Origin: Gammaproteobacteria bacterium
GTDB lineage: Bacteria; Pseudomonadota; Gammaproteobacteria; Eutrophobiales; Eutrophobiaceae
Assembly (NCBI GenBank): GCA_965220815.1
Contig: OZ244846.1
Coordinates: 4,212,538-4,276,537 of the forward strand
DNA length: 64,000 nt
Direction of reading: 5' to 3'
Position numbers and translations under genes: made by a program. Position 1 is the first letter of the stretch, and every line of letters begins with the position of its first letter. Shown here piece by piece: positions 36,808 through 48,000 of this stretch. The notes below the pieces were generated by a model. It ran no database searches. It saw only the letters and a list, made by a program, of their open reading frames with translations, and was not told the origin of the DNA.

Positions 36808-39800
36808 TTAATCCTTCTCAAAACCATGAGTTTTGAACTTTAGGGTGTTGCTGTTTTCCGTGACAGTGCGAACCACGTTATCCGGCGCGCCATCTGGAAT
36901 GTTGGCCTCAATTTCCAGCGTGACTTTAACCTCGGCGCCAACCAGTCCGGACAGGTGTGAAATCACTTCCTCGGCGACCTGGCCGGCATCGCGTCCTACG
37001 CGGGTTGCATCCAGTTCCTTGGAACCGTGAAATCGGATCGGAAGCTGAACCTCCACAGTTTCTCCTGAACCGCTGGGTCCAGGTGGTTTGCCAATTATGG
37101 GTGGCCCTCCCGCCTCTCTATCCTTTTCTTTTTCCTCATCGTCTGGTGAGCCGGGACGCTGTGTACGCTCATCATCAAGCTGCTGCTGCGCCACCTCCGG
37201 TTTCACCAGCAGTCCGATGCGCAGTTGGCCTGTTTCCTGGATTTGGCCGGTCTGCAAACCCTGATAACGCTTCGCATCTTTATCATACCCTTCTGCATAC
37301 GCAAAACCATCTTGTGCCCAGGTCAGGCTGCCCAGGCCGCTGTTTACCGCCTGCATGAGCACATCCGGGTTGCGTAGACGGGGCAGGTACAGGTAGCTGG
37401 TGAAGTCCTCGATAAGCTGATTCACTCGGACGTGATTGCCGCGCCACAGAGGTATCTTGTCCAGTTCCATACGCAGGTTGGTGCCGGCAAACCCGTCGAG
37501 CAACAGTTCGTCATTCTTGAGCCTGTTCCCGGCGCGCACAGCCAACGCACCCTTGGCAGACAGTCGTAGCGCCTCCCAGCGGATTTCCGTTTGTTGCGCC
37601 TGCTCCTGGCCGGGGACCAGCAACCATTGCCAGGTTTCCGGTACTCGGACTGCAACGGCTTCCGATGCCGATTCCAATTGGGTCTGCGCCTGTTTCACCT
37701 GGTGTGGGTCCAGGTTGAGTTCTTCCCGCTCCGCGACGATGGAATCCCAGGCCAGGTAGAGGCATACGGCCTGTTCCAGTTCCTGCACCCTGGCCTCGTC
37801 CGCCGCAAGGAACACCAGGGTATTGCGGTAAAGTCGTGGCGCGCTGCCCCTGGATTCGAGAATGGTCCGGGCCGCCGCTTCCGCTTTACTGTCACCGCCT
37901 TTGCTGTAAGGCTGCGCCGTACCCAGTACGACCAGTCGGGCATCCCAATCATCAGGCACGTCCTGCGCGCCCTGAGGTAGGAGATGAATCCGGCTGAAGT
38001 CACCGGTTTCTCTCAGGTCAGCCCGGAGTCTGTCGGCCAACTCTGCCCTAACCTTGTCGTGGTCGCGCCTGAATTGCTCGGCGCGTTCTTCCGCCAGCTT
38101 TCTTACCGTCGGTTGAGTTGCGTACCAATAGCGAGTGCCCTCCCGGTACAGGTAGGTCGCATCGTTCGCCAGCCGCAACAGGGCGTCACCGAACACGGCC
38201 GAGGTCTCTCCCGGCATCACGCAACCCAGTTTCACCTGTCTGTCATCTACTCCCCTGTGCGTGGTTCCGGCGCCGGGGGCCGAGCCCAGGTAGATGGTGC
38301 GGGCGACTCGGCGACAGGCCGACAACTTGCCCAGGTTCGGCGCCTTGCGGTCAATTTGCAGTGGCAAGGAATGGGGGCCGTCCACGTCTTTTTCAATAAT
38401 GGGCGCCCAGTTGTCTGACAGGTATCGAGTCAACTCGCGCTGTATGCCGGTGTCATCAAGGGCAACGTTGCACGGTAGTATCAGGGCACTTTTATCGCCT
38501 GTTTCCCACAGGTTGTGGATTACCGCCGCCATCAGGCGTAACACGCCGCGAGTGCGCTGGAAGTGTACCAGGGTGGACCAATCCTCATACAAACGATCAA
38601 AAATCTCAGGATGAATCGGGTAGGCTGAGCGGATGCGTTGCTCGTAGTCCGCTTCCCCGCACTGGGACGGAAACTCCTGGCTCTGACGCCGATAGAATTC
38701 GTTGAACTCTCTGGCGACCACGTCGCGCTGCTTGTAGGCTTCGTTGCCGCTCAAGGGCTCAAACAGGCGGCGCCTGACGATCTCGAAACCTTCTTCGGCG
38801 CTGGCCGGGCGCCATGCCGATTCAACTCGCCCAACCACGTTTTTCAGACGCTGCAATGCTTCCACGCCGCGCTGACCGCCGACCTCAACGGTCTCATGGT
38901 GCGACGCCGTATCCGAGGCCGGCAGGCTGATCACCAGCAAACAGTTCTGCGCCGCCTTGGCCGCTTCGGTCAGGGCCTGGGCAAAACTGAACTGGGTATC
39001 GAAACTGCCGCCCGGCAGGTCGCTGTGCTCGTGCAACTGGCGGGCGTAGGCTACCCACTCATCGATAAGGACCACGCAGGGGCCGTATTGATTGAACAGT
39101 TTCCGCAGGGTATCGCCGGGATTGGTGGCGTTTTCATCGTCCGCGGCCAGGATTTGCCAGGCCGCTTTCCCACCCAACTGCCAGGCCAACTCACCCCAGA
39201 GAGTGCGCACCACCACGCCATCTTCCTTCTGTACGGGATTCCCGGGGGAAATCTTGTTGCCGACCAACACCACGCGCCTTGCCTGCGGTAACCCACCAGC
39301 GCCGGCCTCGCGCATGACCTCCTCCATGCCGGCAAGTTCGGTCGGTTCGGCGCCGGAGAACAGGTGATACAAGGCCAGCATGGTATGGGTCTTGCCGCCA
39401 CCAAAGTTGGTCTGCAACTGCACTACCGGGTCGCCACCCTTGCCGTTAAGACGCCGGACGGCATCCGTCAGCAGCCGTTTGAGGCTGTCAGTAAGATAAG
39501 TGCGGCGAAAAAACTCCCTGGGGTCGAGGTACTCGGCGGAACCCTCGCCCAGGTGCACCTGCCAAAGATCGGCGGCGAACTCCGCCTGCTGGTAACGGCC
39601 GCTGGCCACGTCCTCGTGAGGGGTTATCACCTCGCGCCAGGGTTTCATGTTCCCCGCGGCGCCAGTGTCCAACGCCAGCCCCGTTTGCTTTCTGCGCTCA
39701 CCCCGGGTCTGTTCGTCGAAGCGGGTGCGCAGCAACTCCATCCTGAGTCGTTCCACCGCGCCCGACTCCGGCGCGGATACGGCTGTTAACAAACGCTCGG

Positions 39801-40146
39801 TCGAGTCCAGGGCGCGATAAGCGTCGTCGCTGGAAAAACTCTCCTGGTGCGCCCACTTGTTGCGCACCCCGCGCAACTCGCCCACCAATCCCCGTTCTGC
39901 TGGTCCCAGTATGCGGCGAAAGACATCGTTCCAGGTTTCCCACATGATCTGAAGTAATTTTGCGCTGTCCCATGCACTGATCGACTTGTCCGCAAGCAGC
40001 GGATCATCAGCATAAGCCTTCAGCTTGTGGGCATCCAACTGCCGCGATTTTATCGCGTCCTTGATCTCGCGATCCACAAACGGTCCCAGCCCCGCCTTCA
40101 GCAAGTCCAGCGCCTTGCCAACCCGCTCACGGTTGGTAATTGCCAT
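36808..40146 (-). CDS. Swt1-like HEPN domain fused to a DUF499-type P-loop ATPase
   Basis: 1112 aa. N-terminal HEPN R-x4-H motif (GVRNKWAHQESF), Walker A NFGGGKTHTMLAL and Walker B CVVLIDEWVAY. A long C-terminal region follows. Confidence 0.8.
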   Translation of the reverse strand: MAITNRERVGKALDLLKAGLGPFVDREIKDAIKSRQLDAHKLKAYADDPLLADKSISAWDSAKLLQIMWETWNDVFRRILGPAERGLVGELRGVRNKWAHQESFSSDDAYRALDSTERLLTAVSAPESGAVERLRMELLRTRFDEQTRGERRKQTGLALDTGAAGNMKPWREVITPHEDVASGRYQQAEFAADLWQVHLGEGSAEYLDPREFFRRTYLTDSLKRLLTDAVRRLNGKGGDPVVQLQTNFGGGKTHTMLALYHLFSGAEPTELAGMEEVMREAGAGGLPQARRVVLVGNKISPGNPVQKEDGVVVRTLWGELAWQLGGKAAWQILAADDENATNPGDTLRKLFNQYGPCVVLIDEWVAYARQLHEHSDLPGGSFDTQFSFAQALTEAAKAAQNCLLVISLPASDTASHHETVEVGGQRGVEALQRLKNVVGRVESAWRPASAEEGFEIVRRRLFEPLSGNEAYKQRDVVAREFNEFYRRQSQEFPSQCGEADYEQRIRSAYPIHPEIFDRLYEDWSTLVHFQRTRGVLRLMAAVIHNLWETGDKSALILPCNVALDDTGIQRELTRYLSDNWAPIIEKDVDGPHSLPLQIDRKAPNLGKLSACRRVARTIYLGSAPGAGTTHRGVDDRQVKLGCVMPGETSAVFGDALLRLANDATYLYREGTRYWYATQPTVRKLAEERAEQFRRDHDKVRAELADRLRADLRETGDFSRIHLLPQGAQDVPDDWDARLVVLGTAQPYSKGGDSKAEAAARTILESRGSAPRLYRNTLVFLAADEARVQELEQAVCLYLAWDSIVAEREELNLDPHQVKQAQTQLESASEAVAVRVPETWQWLLVPGQEQAQQTEIRWEALRLSAKGALAVRAGNRLKNDELLLDGFAGTNLRMELDKIPLWRGNHVRVNQLIEDFTSYLYLPRLRNPDVLMQAVNSGLGSLTWAQDGFAYAEGYDKDAKRYQGLQTGQIQETGQLRIGLLVKPEVAQQQLDDERTQRPGSPDDEEKEKDREAGGPPIIGKPPGPSGSGETVEVQLPIRFHGSKELDATRVGRDAGQVAEEVISHLSGLVGAEVKVTLEIEANIPDGAPDNVVRTVTENSNTLKFKTHGFEKD

Positions 40147-40375
40147 TATGTAACCCCGCCCTCAGATATAGTGCGGGTAGTATAACACCGACCGGTTACA
40201 CACCTTTTCCCGGGGGTGTATCCGTTCAGCGATAGCAACGGGCGCATGCAACCAATCGGGAAGCAGATGACGGATTGATGATATTCAATAAACAGCTAAG
40301 TCGCTATGAAGGGGACTATAGGCCGGTTTGAAATTTGTTCTTACGTTGCAATCAGGCTGCCACTTGCTTGCCTGT

Positions 40376-40666
40376 TCAAGCGTGTGTCTGCACTTTCAGA
40401 GACAGACCCAACCCTTGTATTATCTTTCTGAAACTGGACAGTTTCGGATTGCCTGCTTCCGAGAGCATTTTATACATGCTCTCGCGACCAAGGTGCGCAC
40501 GTTTTGCCAGTCCCGTCATGCCGTCTTCCTGGGCTTCTGCTATATTACGTAGCGCCATCAACACAATACCCGGCTCATCTTCTTGCAAGGCCAGATTAAG
40601 GTATTCTGCTGCGACTTCAGGATCGCGCAAATGTTTGCTGTGAGTTGACCTTATATTACGGGCCAT
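40376..40666 (-). CDS. Addiction-module antidote protein (HigA-family HTH antitoxin)
   Basis: 96 aa. LRDPEVAAEYLNLAL...GMTGLAKRAHLGRESMYKMLSEAGNPKLSSFRKII is typical of the antidote family paired with RelE/HigB-like killers. Confidence 0.8.
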   Translation of the reverse strand: MARNIRSTHSKHLRDPEVAAEYLNLALQEDEPGIVLMALRNIAEAQEDGMTGLAKRAHLGRESMYKMLSEAGNPKLSSFRKIIQGLGLSLKVQTHA

Positions 40667-40991
40667 TACTTGTTCTCCTCTTGTGTTCTTGCCAATACGC
40701 CTTGGCTCTCCTTATATCCCTGGATTGTGTGGATTTATTGCCTCCACATAACACCAGGAAGGTATCCTGATTTTCTCTACAGTAATATACGCGGTAACCA
40801 GGACCGTAATGGATTCGTAATTCAGACAGACCATCACCGATAGACTGCGAATCACCGAACAACCCTGACTCCATCCGGTCTACTTGCATAATGACCTTGG
40901 CCCTGGCTCTTTTGTCACGCAGAGACTCCAACCACTCGGCGTAAGGACTGCTGCCCCGCTCATTTGTATACTCATTGATGCGATAGGACAT
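40656..40991 (-). CDS. RelE/ParE-superfamily (HigB-like) addiction-module killer toxin
   Basis: 111 aa. SPYAEWLESLRDKRARAKV...SELRIHYGPGYRVYY...LVLCGGNKSTQSRDIRRAK. Overlaps the antitoxin start by 11 nt. Confidence 0.8.
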   Translation of the reverse strand: MSYRINEYTNERGSSPYAEWLESLRDKRARAKVIMQVDRMESGLFGDSQSIGDGLSELRIHYGPGYRVYYCRENQDTFLVLCGGNKSTQSRDIRRAKAYWQEHKRRTSNGP

Positions 40992-41057
40992 TTAAGACGT
41001 TGCTAGTGTATTCTACAGGATACAAATTGTAAAGAGCAATACGGGGACGCGCTTTCT

Positions 41058-44000
41058 TCAAAACATCTCGGACTGGCCGGGTAGTGTGATGGTGCGGGAC
41101 AGGCGTTCGATTTCGGGCCAGGTTTGTACCAGGGAGTTGTACCAAAGGGCTTCGGAGGGGCGTTGTTTGCGTTCGCATACGGTGTATAAGCGGTAGCACA
41201 GTTCGCGGGCGACGTCTGCCCTGGAACCGAGGCGTTTGACCAGTTCTCCGGTGGCGCTCTCGCCGCCGGTTTCCAGTACCCGGATCAGGTGGTGCGCCAC
41301 TTCCCAGGCCGGGAGGCGGTTATCAGTTTCCGGGTTCCAGTCTTCCGGGAGTTCCTGTGGTTTGAGCAGGCGCACTTTACCGCCGCTTGAGGTGAGGATG
41401 CCGGCTTCCACCAGGCCGGCCACGCTGGTGTTCTTGGCCTTGGACAAGGTCTCCGCCACGCCGTACTCGCCGTCGTTAAAGCCCTGCTGCTCGAACCAGG
41501 CCAGCGCCCAGCGGCTGTCGGCGTCGAAGTCACCTTCCTGTTCGGCCAGGGCTTCATCCAGGGTCTGGTTGATCAGCGCCAGGGCGTCTCGCACCGACAC
41601 GGGCCGGCCTTGGGCGTCCAGTACCTCGCGGTAGCGGGAATAAACAGCCATTCCCGGTCCGATGGCAGCCTGGGCCAGGTCTACCGGAGCAATGTTGCCG
41701 GATTGCAGGTGGGACAGGGCTGCGGGTAACTCGGCTTTGAGGGCAGCTACGAATTCGCGGCGGGAGGCGATGGGTGCAGCGTCAGGGCGGCGGCGACAGA
41801 CGAGGACGATGCTGGAGGCGAGGGCGTTGGTGTCTTTGCCGATCATCCTGTTGCCAAGTTCGGTCCGCATAGGCCAGGTGCCGGTTATGGAAAATCCGGC
41901 TAAGATGACCGCATCAAGGAAGGTTTCCCAGCCGGTGCTGGTAGTCCCGGCGTCACCTTTGGTTTCGGATTGCTTGAAAGCGTAGTAGATGGTAACTGGA
42001 AATCCGCTATGTGCCTGCGTTGCCAGACGCTCCATGGCTTGCGTCATGCCGTCCAGGAAAAATTGTTCTGCTTTATCCTTGCCACCATGACGGTAAGGAG
42101 CAGCAACAAGTTCCGCCGCTTTCGGTACAGCAAGCGTAGCAAACAGGTCAGGAAAACTGGAACGTAATGAACGGCGCAACCAGACGTAGAAGAAATCGGA
42201 CAAGTCTGCATAACCGATATTGTCGTAATAGGGTGGATCAGTCGATACAACTTTGTTCTTTGTCACTTTCTGAATAGAAGCATCCTGATTTTTCGACTCT
42301 CCATTTCTGGCTGCCGGTAAAGACATTTTCACAACTTTGGTTATCCAACTAACCCCCCCATTGAAGTTACCCGAAGCCTTGCTAAATGGATTACCTTCCG
42401 CATAATCCCAAGTCATTGCTATGGCTTGCCGACTGAAAGTGTTAATTACACCACTCGCAGTGGGAGTCGGATCCCATCTCCCTAGAGTTGAATGTCGATC
42501 AGACATCTTGTCAACAGCAAACCCCAAATAAACCCCCACCGCCTCCGCATAGGCGGTTGCGCCTGTGCCACCGTCCCGCAGGGGGAGATCATTGTTCTCC
42601 GGAGGTGGGGCGGTGTTGAGGATGTTGTGTTCCCCCTCACCCCGGCCCTCTCCCTCCAGGGGAGAGGGGGTATGTGGGGCGGCGGTTCCGTCCTCCAGGG
42701 GAGAGGGGGTAGTATTGCTGTTGTGGCAGTCGGTTTTGACCTTGTCGATGGCGGCGGCTATCAGGTCGGAGAAGGTGCTCAGGGCGAGTAGTTGGCGGGG
42801 GGTGAAGATTTCTCCGAAGGTATTCATGCCATAGAGGGGTAGTTGATCTCTGCATTTGCCTACAAGCTCGTTCTCAGGTTTCCACGACGGTTTTGCAGTT
42901 GCAGCAATTTCCTCCTGATCTTTTGACGGCGACAGGTATACACGCCCTCGATCACCCTCAGCAACAATTGCCATCAAGCGTGCTCCCATCCTGCCAGCCT
43001 TGCCCTCCGCTTTGATGTAGTCGCCTGAGAGCGGTGTCCCGCTCATGACACATCGAAAATTCGCGCCGCGAGCCAGTTTGGTGCCGGCTTTGGCCGCTTC
43101 CGGGTCTTTCGGTACTCCAACCTTCACGCTAAAACGGTAATCGCGGCCTTCGATGACCGGTTCCACGTAGGCTTCCTTACCCTTCTTGGTCGATAGCATG
43201 AAGGTAGAGACCAGCGGCACCTCCACCTCGGCAAAGGCCGGGTTCGGGCTTTTTACGGTGCGCGCCCACAGCCAGGCGATGACGGTGAGCTTGCGGTCCA
43301 GGTAAGGTTTCAGGTCGGGGCGTTCCCGTACCATCGTCTCGGTTATCTCTACCGGCGGATACATGTGCCCGATACGGCGTTCAGCCTCGGCGCGCATCCA
43401 CTGCCCGTAGTAGCGCACGTCTTCGGCCAGACCCTGGGCGCCGCGCCAGAAGCCGGGAGTCTCTCCCTCTCCTTGGCCCTCTCCCTCGGAGGGAGAGGGA
43501 GTACGGCCTTGCGTTGTGAGGGTTTGTTGGCGTGATTGCGGGTTGACCGGCGCCTGGCCGGCAAACTTCGGTGGAATTTCAATCATCGCCTTGTTGATGA
43601 GCACGGCCACCGGGTTGAGGTCGCTGGCGTGGGCTTCCAGCCCCAGGCGTTGCGCCTCCAGGGGCAAGGCGCCACCACCGGCAAAGGGGTCGTGGAAGCC
43701 CGGCAGTCGCTCCGGGTCGAACAGTTCAGCAGCGCGGGGATGGTCGGCATTATCGGCGCAGGCACGGCGCCAGTTATCACGTATCTCCAGACGCGCCTGT
43801 TCCAACACATCCTCGTTGGTGGTGTTCTCCCATATAACCAGTTTTTCCAACAAACCGAACAGACGTTGCCGCTCCTTGTCCTGTTCCGCCTCAGTAGGGA
43901 ACAACTCCGGACGTGATGAAGGATCATCCACCATCTGCGCAAAGATCACCGCCCGCGCCGCCGCCAACGGCCGCCGCGCCCACCACAGGTGCAAGGTACT

Positions 44001-44111
44001 GGGATGCCCGTGCCGAATGGACTTCTCCCGCGCCGACGCTTTGTTGATGGCGTCCAATGGCAGGGCAACTTCAATGAGTTTTTTTCGGAGGGTTGGATCG
44101 CGTTTATTCAC
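41058..44111 (-). CDS. DUF1156-type N6-adenine DNA methyltransferase
   Basis: 1017 aa. DUF1156 N-terminus ([36 protein letters not shown]), SAM motif [15 protein letters not shown] and catalytic [21 protein letters not shown]. Confidence 0.85.
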   Translation of the reverse strand: MNKRDPTLRKKLIEVALPLDAINKASAREKSIRHGHPSTLHLWWARRPLAAARAVIFAQMVDDPSSRPELFPTEAEQDKERQRLFGLLEKLVIWENTTNEDVLEQARLEIRDNWRRACADNADHPRAAELFDPERLPGFHDPFAGGGALPLEAQRLGLEAHASDLNPVAVLINKAMIEIPPKFAGQAPVNPQSRQQTLTTQGRTPSPSEGEGQGEGETPGFWRGAQGLAEDVRYYGQWMRAEAERRIGHMYPPVEITETMVRERPDLKPYLDRKLTVIAWLWARTVKSPNPAFAEVEVPLVSTFMLSTKKGKEAYVEPVIEGRDYRFSVKVGVPKDPEAAKAGTKLARGANFRCVMSGTPLSGDYIKAEGKAGRMGARLMAIVAEGDRGRVYLSPSKDQEEIAATAKPSWKPENELVGKCRDQLPLYGMNTFGEIFTPRQLLALSTFSDLIAAAIDKVKTDCHNSNTTPSPLEDGTAAPHTPSPLEGEGRGEGEHNILNTAPPPENNDLPLRDGGTGATAYAEAVGVYLGFAVDKMSDRHSTLGRWDPTPTASGVINTFSRQAIAMTWDYAEGNPFSKASGNFNGGVSWITKVVKMSLPAARNGESKNQDASIQKVTKNKVVSTDPPYYDNIGYADLSDFFYVWLRRSLRSSFPDLFATLAVPKAAELVAAPYRHGGKDKAEQFFLDGMTQAMERLATQAHSGFPVTIYYAFKQSETKGDAGTTSTGWETFLDAVILAGFSITGTWPMRTELGNRMIGKDTNALASSIVLVCRRRPDAAPIASRREFVAALKAELPAALSHLQSGNIAPVDLAQAAIGPGMAVYSRYREVLDAQGRPVSVRDALALINQTLDEALAEQEGDFDADSRWALAWFEQQGFNDGEYGVAETLSKAKNTSVAGLVEAGILTSSGGKVRLLKPQELPEDWNPETDNRLPAWEVAHHLIRVLETGGESATGELVKRLGSRADVARELCYRLYTVCERKQRPSEALWYNSLVQTWPEIERLSRTITLPGQSEMF
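42632..42711. repeat. In-frame GC-rich palindromic insertion(s) inside the DUF1156 methyltransferase gene
   Basis: 9-bp stem ccctctccc (42646-42654) / gggagaggg (42660-42668). 18-bp direct repeat tccaggggagagggggta at 42655-42672 and 42694-42711. These encode ...[27 protein letters not shown]... Confidence 0.8.
43458..43503. repeat. Third in-frame copy of the GC-rich palindromic element inside the methyltransferase gene
   Basis: ccctctccctc (43477-43487) / gagggagaggg (43489-43499). Encodes ...[17 protein letters not shown]... Confidence 0.75.
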
Positions 44112-44124
44112 GTTCGGATGAGGC

Positions 44125-44640
44125 TTATGCCAAACCTCCGAAACAAACTCTTCTGGAACTGATTATTTTATCGATGTATTTTGCTCGGCATTCATCCAAG
44201 GCGCTCTCCTCTATTATCAGGTAAACTATTTCAAACTTCCTCCGTATTTTCCCTCGTAACATCTGTAGTTCATTCTGCCCTGCAAATTCTCTGTTCAAAA
44301 TTTTATCAACAAGCGCATCATACTCATTTATCTCAGCCAACAATGACTCCACCAACCGGGATTTTTTGTCTTGCAACAGTTGTTCTTTGTCCACCTTGTG
44401 CTTGTGGAAATAGTAGAAGAAACCCAACACTACACCGCTTAAAGCAGTCAATGAACCTGATATGGAACCAACTATGATGTAGTAATTCCTCAGGCCGGTG
44501 ATATCGAATTTAGAAACGATTGCTGATGTATACAAGGACGCCGAATAGAACGGTTGGATAAAAAAGTGATAAAACAGCCAAACTACTGACAGAAAAATGA
44601 CGGCAGCCATGCCAACAGCAACAACATTCCTTATGCTCAT
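44125..44640 (-). CDS. Hypothetical 2-TM membrane protein with a cytoplasmic helical tail
   Basis: 171 aa with two hydrophobic helices ([22 protein letters not shown]; [24 protein letters not shown]) followed by a charged helical region. About 40% GC. The start overlaps the upstream stop (ATGA). Confidence 0.55.
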   Translation of the reverse strand: MSIRNVVAVGMAAVIFLSVVWLFYHFFIQPFYSASLYTSAIVSKFDITGLRNYYIIVGSISGSLTALSGVVLGFFYYFHKHKVDKEQLLQDKKSRLVESLLAEINEYDALVDKILNREFAGQNELQMLRGKIRRKFEIVYLIIEESALDECRAKYIDKIISSRRVCFGGLA

Positions 44641-45065
44641 CTTGAGTAGCCTGATTCCAGTTCCTGTTCGATAATTAACTCTTGGACGCTCGATATATTC
44701 TTGAAGCGTATTTTCTTTTTCAGTCGTTCCGGCGTTGTGTATTTCATAAAATAGGCAAATGCTTCATTGGCAAATGAGGGGCCTATTTTTTTCACATTCT
44801 CAAAGTTGAAAATGATGGTAATTTTGTCATCTTTCCAAGTGTCTTTCTCATCCAAATCACACAAATACGCCTTCCTGAACTGTTCAGCCGTATGCCGACC
44901 ATCACCTTGATACTTGTTCCGGTTTGCCAACCGATGATAAAACTCTTTGCCAATGTCTACTTCTCTCATGAAACACCTCTCTCTAAACGCATATCCATAA
45001 TAGGATGGTATAGAAAATTCAATATCCTGTAAATCCGCATTAACTCGGCTTTTCCACCCTGGCAA
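44637..45065 (-). CDS. Hypothetical protein, possibly STAS-like (DUF4325-type); start uncertain
   Basis: 142-aa ORF overlapping the helicase 3' end by 26 nt. An alternative ATG at 44969 (MREVDIG...) is possible. The segment ITIIFNFENVKKIGPSFANEAFAYF resembles DUF4325, but the assignment is weak. About 40% GC. Confidence 0.4.
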   Translation of the reverse strand: MPGWKSRVNADLQDIEFSIPSYYGYAFRERCFMREVDIGKEFYHRLANRNKYQGDGRHTAEQFRKAYLCDLDEKDTWKDDKITIIFNFENVKKIGPSFANEAFAYFMKYTTPERLKKKIRFKNISSVQELIIEQELESGYSR

Positions 45066-48000
45066 GCAGTTCCTTGAAGTCGTAATTTACACTGGCAGCC
45101 ATGGTATCAGGTTCTTTGCTGAATGGCTTACGGATGTAGTGTACGTTATGCCGGCCGTCTTCAAGGAATTCGACGATGGCGAGGATGAAATCATCGGGTT
45201 TGTTGAGTGAATACAGTATCTCGTTGCGTGTTACGGTGATGGTGGGGGCGCCGGCGACTCTGCCTTTGACTTCGATGAAGCGCAGGCGGCCGCTGTCGGG
45301 GACGGCGCTTTCTATGTCGTAACCCAGTTTTTCGGTCTCCCGGTCCACGGGGATGAAGCCAAGCGAGCGTTCCGTTTCCATGATGATAGCGCGAGCGCGG
45401 GCCGCGGCGGCCTGGGTGTCTGTTGTGTGGGTAGTTGATGCTGGTGTGTGACCGCGTATTTTATCGATAAGTCCCAGGGGGACCACCAGTGCGCCGCCCA
45501 GCGCGACGGGTGGCAGTGCAGAGATCTGCGCTTCCTGCTTTAACTGTTCAAGACGGCGCGTCAGTCTTTCCTGTAACAGGTCGGCGCGTTTGCGCGCCTC
45601 GCCGGAGTTCAGACGAGCGCCGCTCTTGCCGGCCTGTTCTTTCAGCTTGAGGTCTTCCGCACGGCGGTCCCAGTATGCGATTTCCTTAGTCAGCCGCTCC
45701 TTCACCGCGGCCTCGGTTTTTTCAATGAGAGTGAGCTTGGTCTCGCGCACTTCCTGCAGGTGTTCGGGCACCACGCGCGCTATGGTGTAACGCAGGATGA
45801 CGTCCTCCAGAGCGTGGTTGATCCAGCGACACTCGGCGCGTCGCAGGATTTGTCCGCATTCGGGCTCGGCATCGGTTAGTGGCCGGTAATCGAGGTGCGG
45901 TGCATTGTGCAAGTGAACGGTGTTGCCCTGCTCATCGGTCTCCACGTACAAAATCCGCTTGGATATGATGCGGCGTTCACCGGAGCGGGTCAGGCTCGCA
46001 TCCTGTATGGCGTGTTCGAGATAGAACAGCACGCGAGGCGCGGTGCCGGCATCCTGTTCATCCACCAGGATAGCGCCGCGCCGCAGTAACGGTCGGTAGC
46101 GCTCGAGTACCAACGCGGTGACGGAGTCCAATAAGGGATGGCCGGGGCAGATAAAGGCTGCCAGGGGACAGCCCGGCGCTGACACCAGGGATTTATCAAA
46201 GGTGATACGCTCATAGCGGGACTGTACCCGGATACCGGCGTCGTTGTGCCCGTCCTTGTTCTTTAATGCCGCGGGGACGTGGGTGATTTCATAACGTCTT
46301 GGCTCGCGTTGTTTTATGGTCCCGCCCACGGTCTGAAAAGCCTCGCGCAGGAATAACTCGATGAAATACGGCTGTAACCGGCGCAATTGCGCCCGCTCCA
46401 TTTGTTCACGAATTTTGTGCACACGACTGGTATCCATCACGTCATGTACCAGTGCGTGATCATCGAGCAGGTCGCGCACCTTGTCCTGTTCCAGGGCGCC
46501 GCCGACTGTCGTGGCAAGACGCGCTCGCACCTCCGGTTGCTCTCCGTAACGGATTGCTTCCACCATGAGTTCGCTTAACGGCTTGCCGTCAAACTCCAGC
46601 TTGCCCAGCACGTCAAAGACCTGTCCGCCCAGAGCCTGGCGCGCCTGTTCCAGTTTTTCCAGCAAAGTACGGTACACGTCGCCCTCGCGGGTGCCCTCCG
46701 CGACCAGGTTCCACAGGTGGCAGACTTCGGTTTGACCGATACGGTGGACGCGGCCGAAACGCTGCTCAATGCGGTTCGGATTCCAGGGTAGATCGTAATT
46801 CACCATCAGGTGGGCGCGTTGCAGGTTGATACCCTCGCTGGCTGCATCGGTGGCAATCAGCACCTGTACCTGGGGGTCGTTACGGAAGCTTTCCTGGGCG
46901 TTGTTCCGGTCTTCCCGCTTCATCCCGCCGTGGATCAAAACCACCGCTTCAGAGCGTCCCTGGAACGTGGTAATGCGTTGTTGCAGGTACGTCAGGGTAT
47001 CCCGGTGCTCGGTGAAGATCACCAGTTTCTGGCGCGGCGATGCTTCGGGTTCAGGGATTTTTCCGGTGCGGTAGCGGGGTTCCGGCTCGCCGATGCGATT
47101 GCTGCTCCCGGCTGACGTGAAGATTTTCTCCAACAGGCCGCTTAGCTCCTTCCACTTGGCGTCAAGCCCGCTACTACGCACGCGTGTAGCCAGCGTTTCA
47201 AGTTTTTTCAGTGTGTAGATTTCCGCTTCCAGTTCGGTAATGGAACCTGCCGCGGTGGCCTGGTCCAGGATTTCTTCTTCAGCGCTTTCAATCTCATCAC
47301 CCGGCGCATCATCCATGTCCTCCAGGTCATCCTTGTCCAGGTAAGCGCCTGACGACATGGGTTCAGCAGTGCTGTGCCCCTTGCGTTGCAGTGTTTCGAG
47401 TTCCTGCAAACGTCCTTGCAGCCGCTCCCGACGCCGGCGCAAGGACTGATAGATGGCCTCCGGCGAGGAGGCAAGCCGGCGCTGCAAGATGGTCAAGGCA
47501 AAGCCCACCGTGCCGGCGCGGGTGCCGTTGCTCAGGGCTTCGGCGCGGTTAAATTCTTCACGGACGTAATCCGTTACCGCCCTGTATAAATTCTCCTCCA
47601 GGTCCGATAGCTGGTAGGCGACCGTATAGGCGATACGCTCGGGGAACAACGGCATGCCGTCAAACCTGAGCAGCTTTTCCTTGATCATGCGGCGCATCAG
47701 GTCGGATGCGTCCGTCGTATCTGAGCCGTCACGCAAGCGTCCCTCGAAGCGGTCTCCATCCAGCAAGGCCATGAACAAACGGAAGTCCTCCTCCTTGCCG
47801 TTGTGCGGCGTTGCCGTCATCAGCAGAAAATGGCGGGTGATGCCGGACAGTAACTGCCCCAGCCGGTAACGCTTGGTGTAAGAGATTTCTCCACCAAAAT
47901 ACCTGGCAGACATCTTGTGCGCTTCGTCGCACACTACCAGGTCCCAACCACAGTCCTGCGCTTGCAGCTTGTGTTGTATGTCTTCGTTGCGAGAGAGTTT

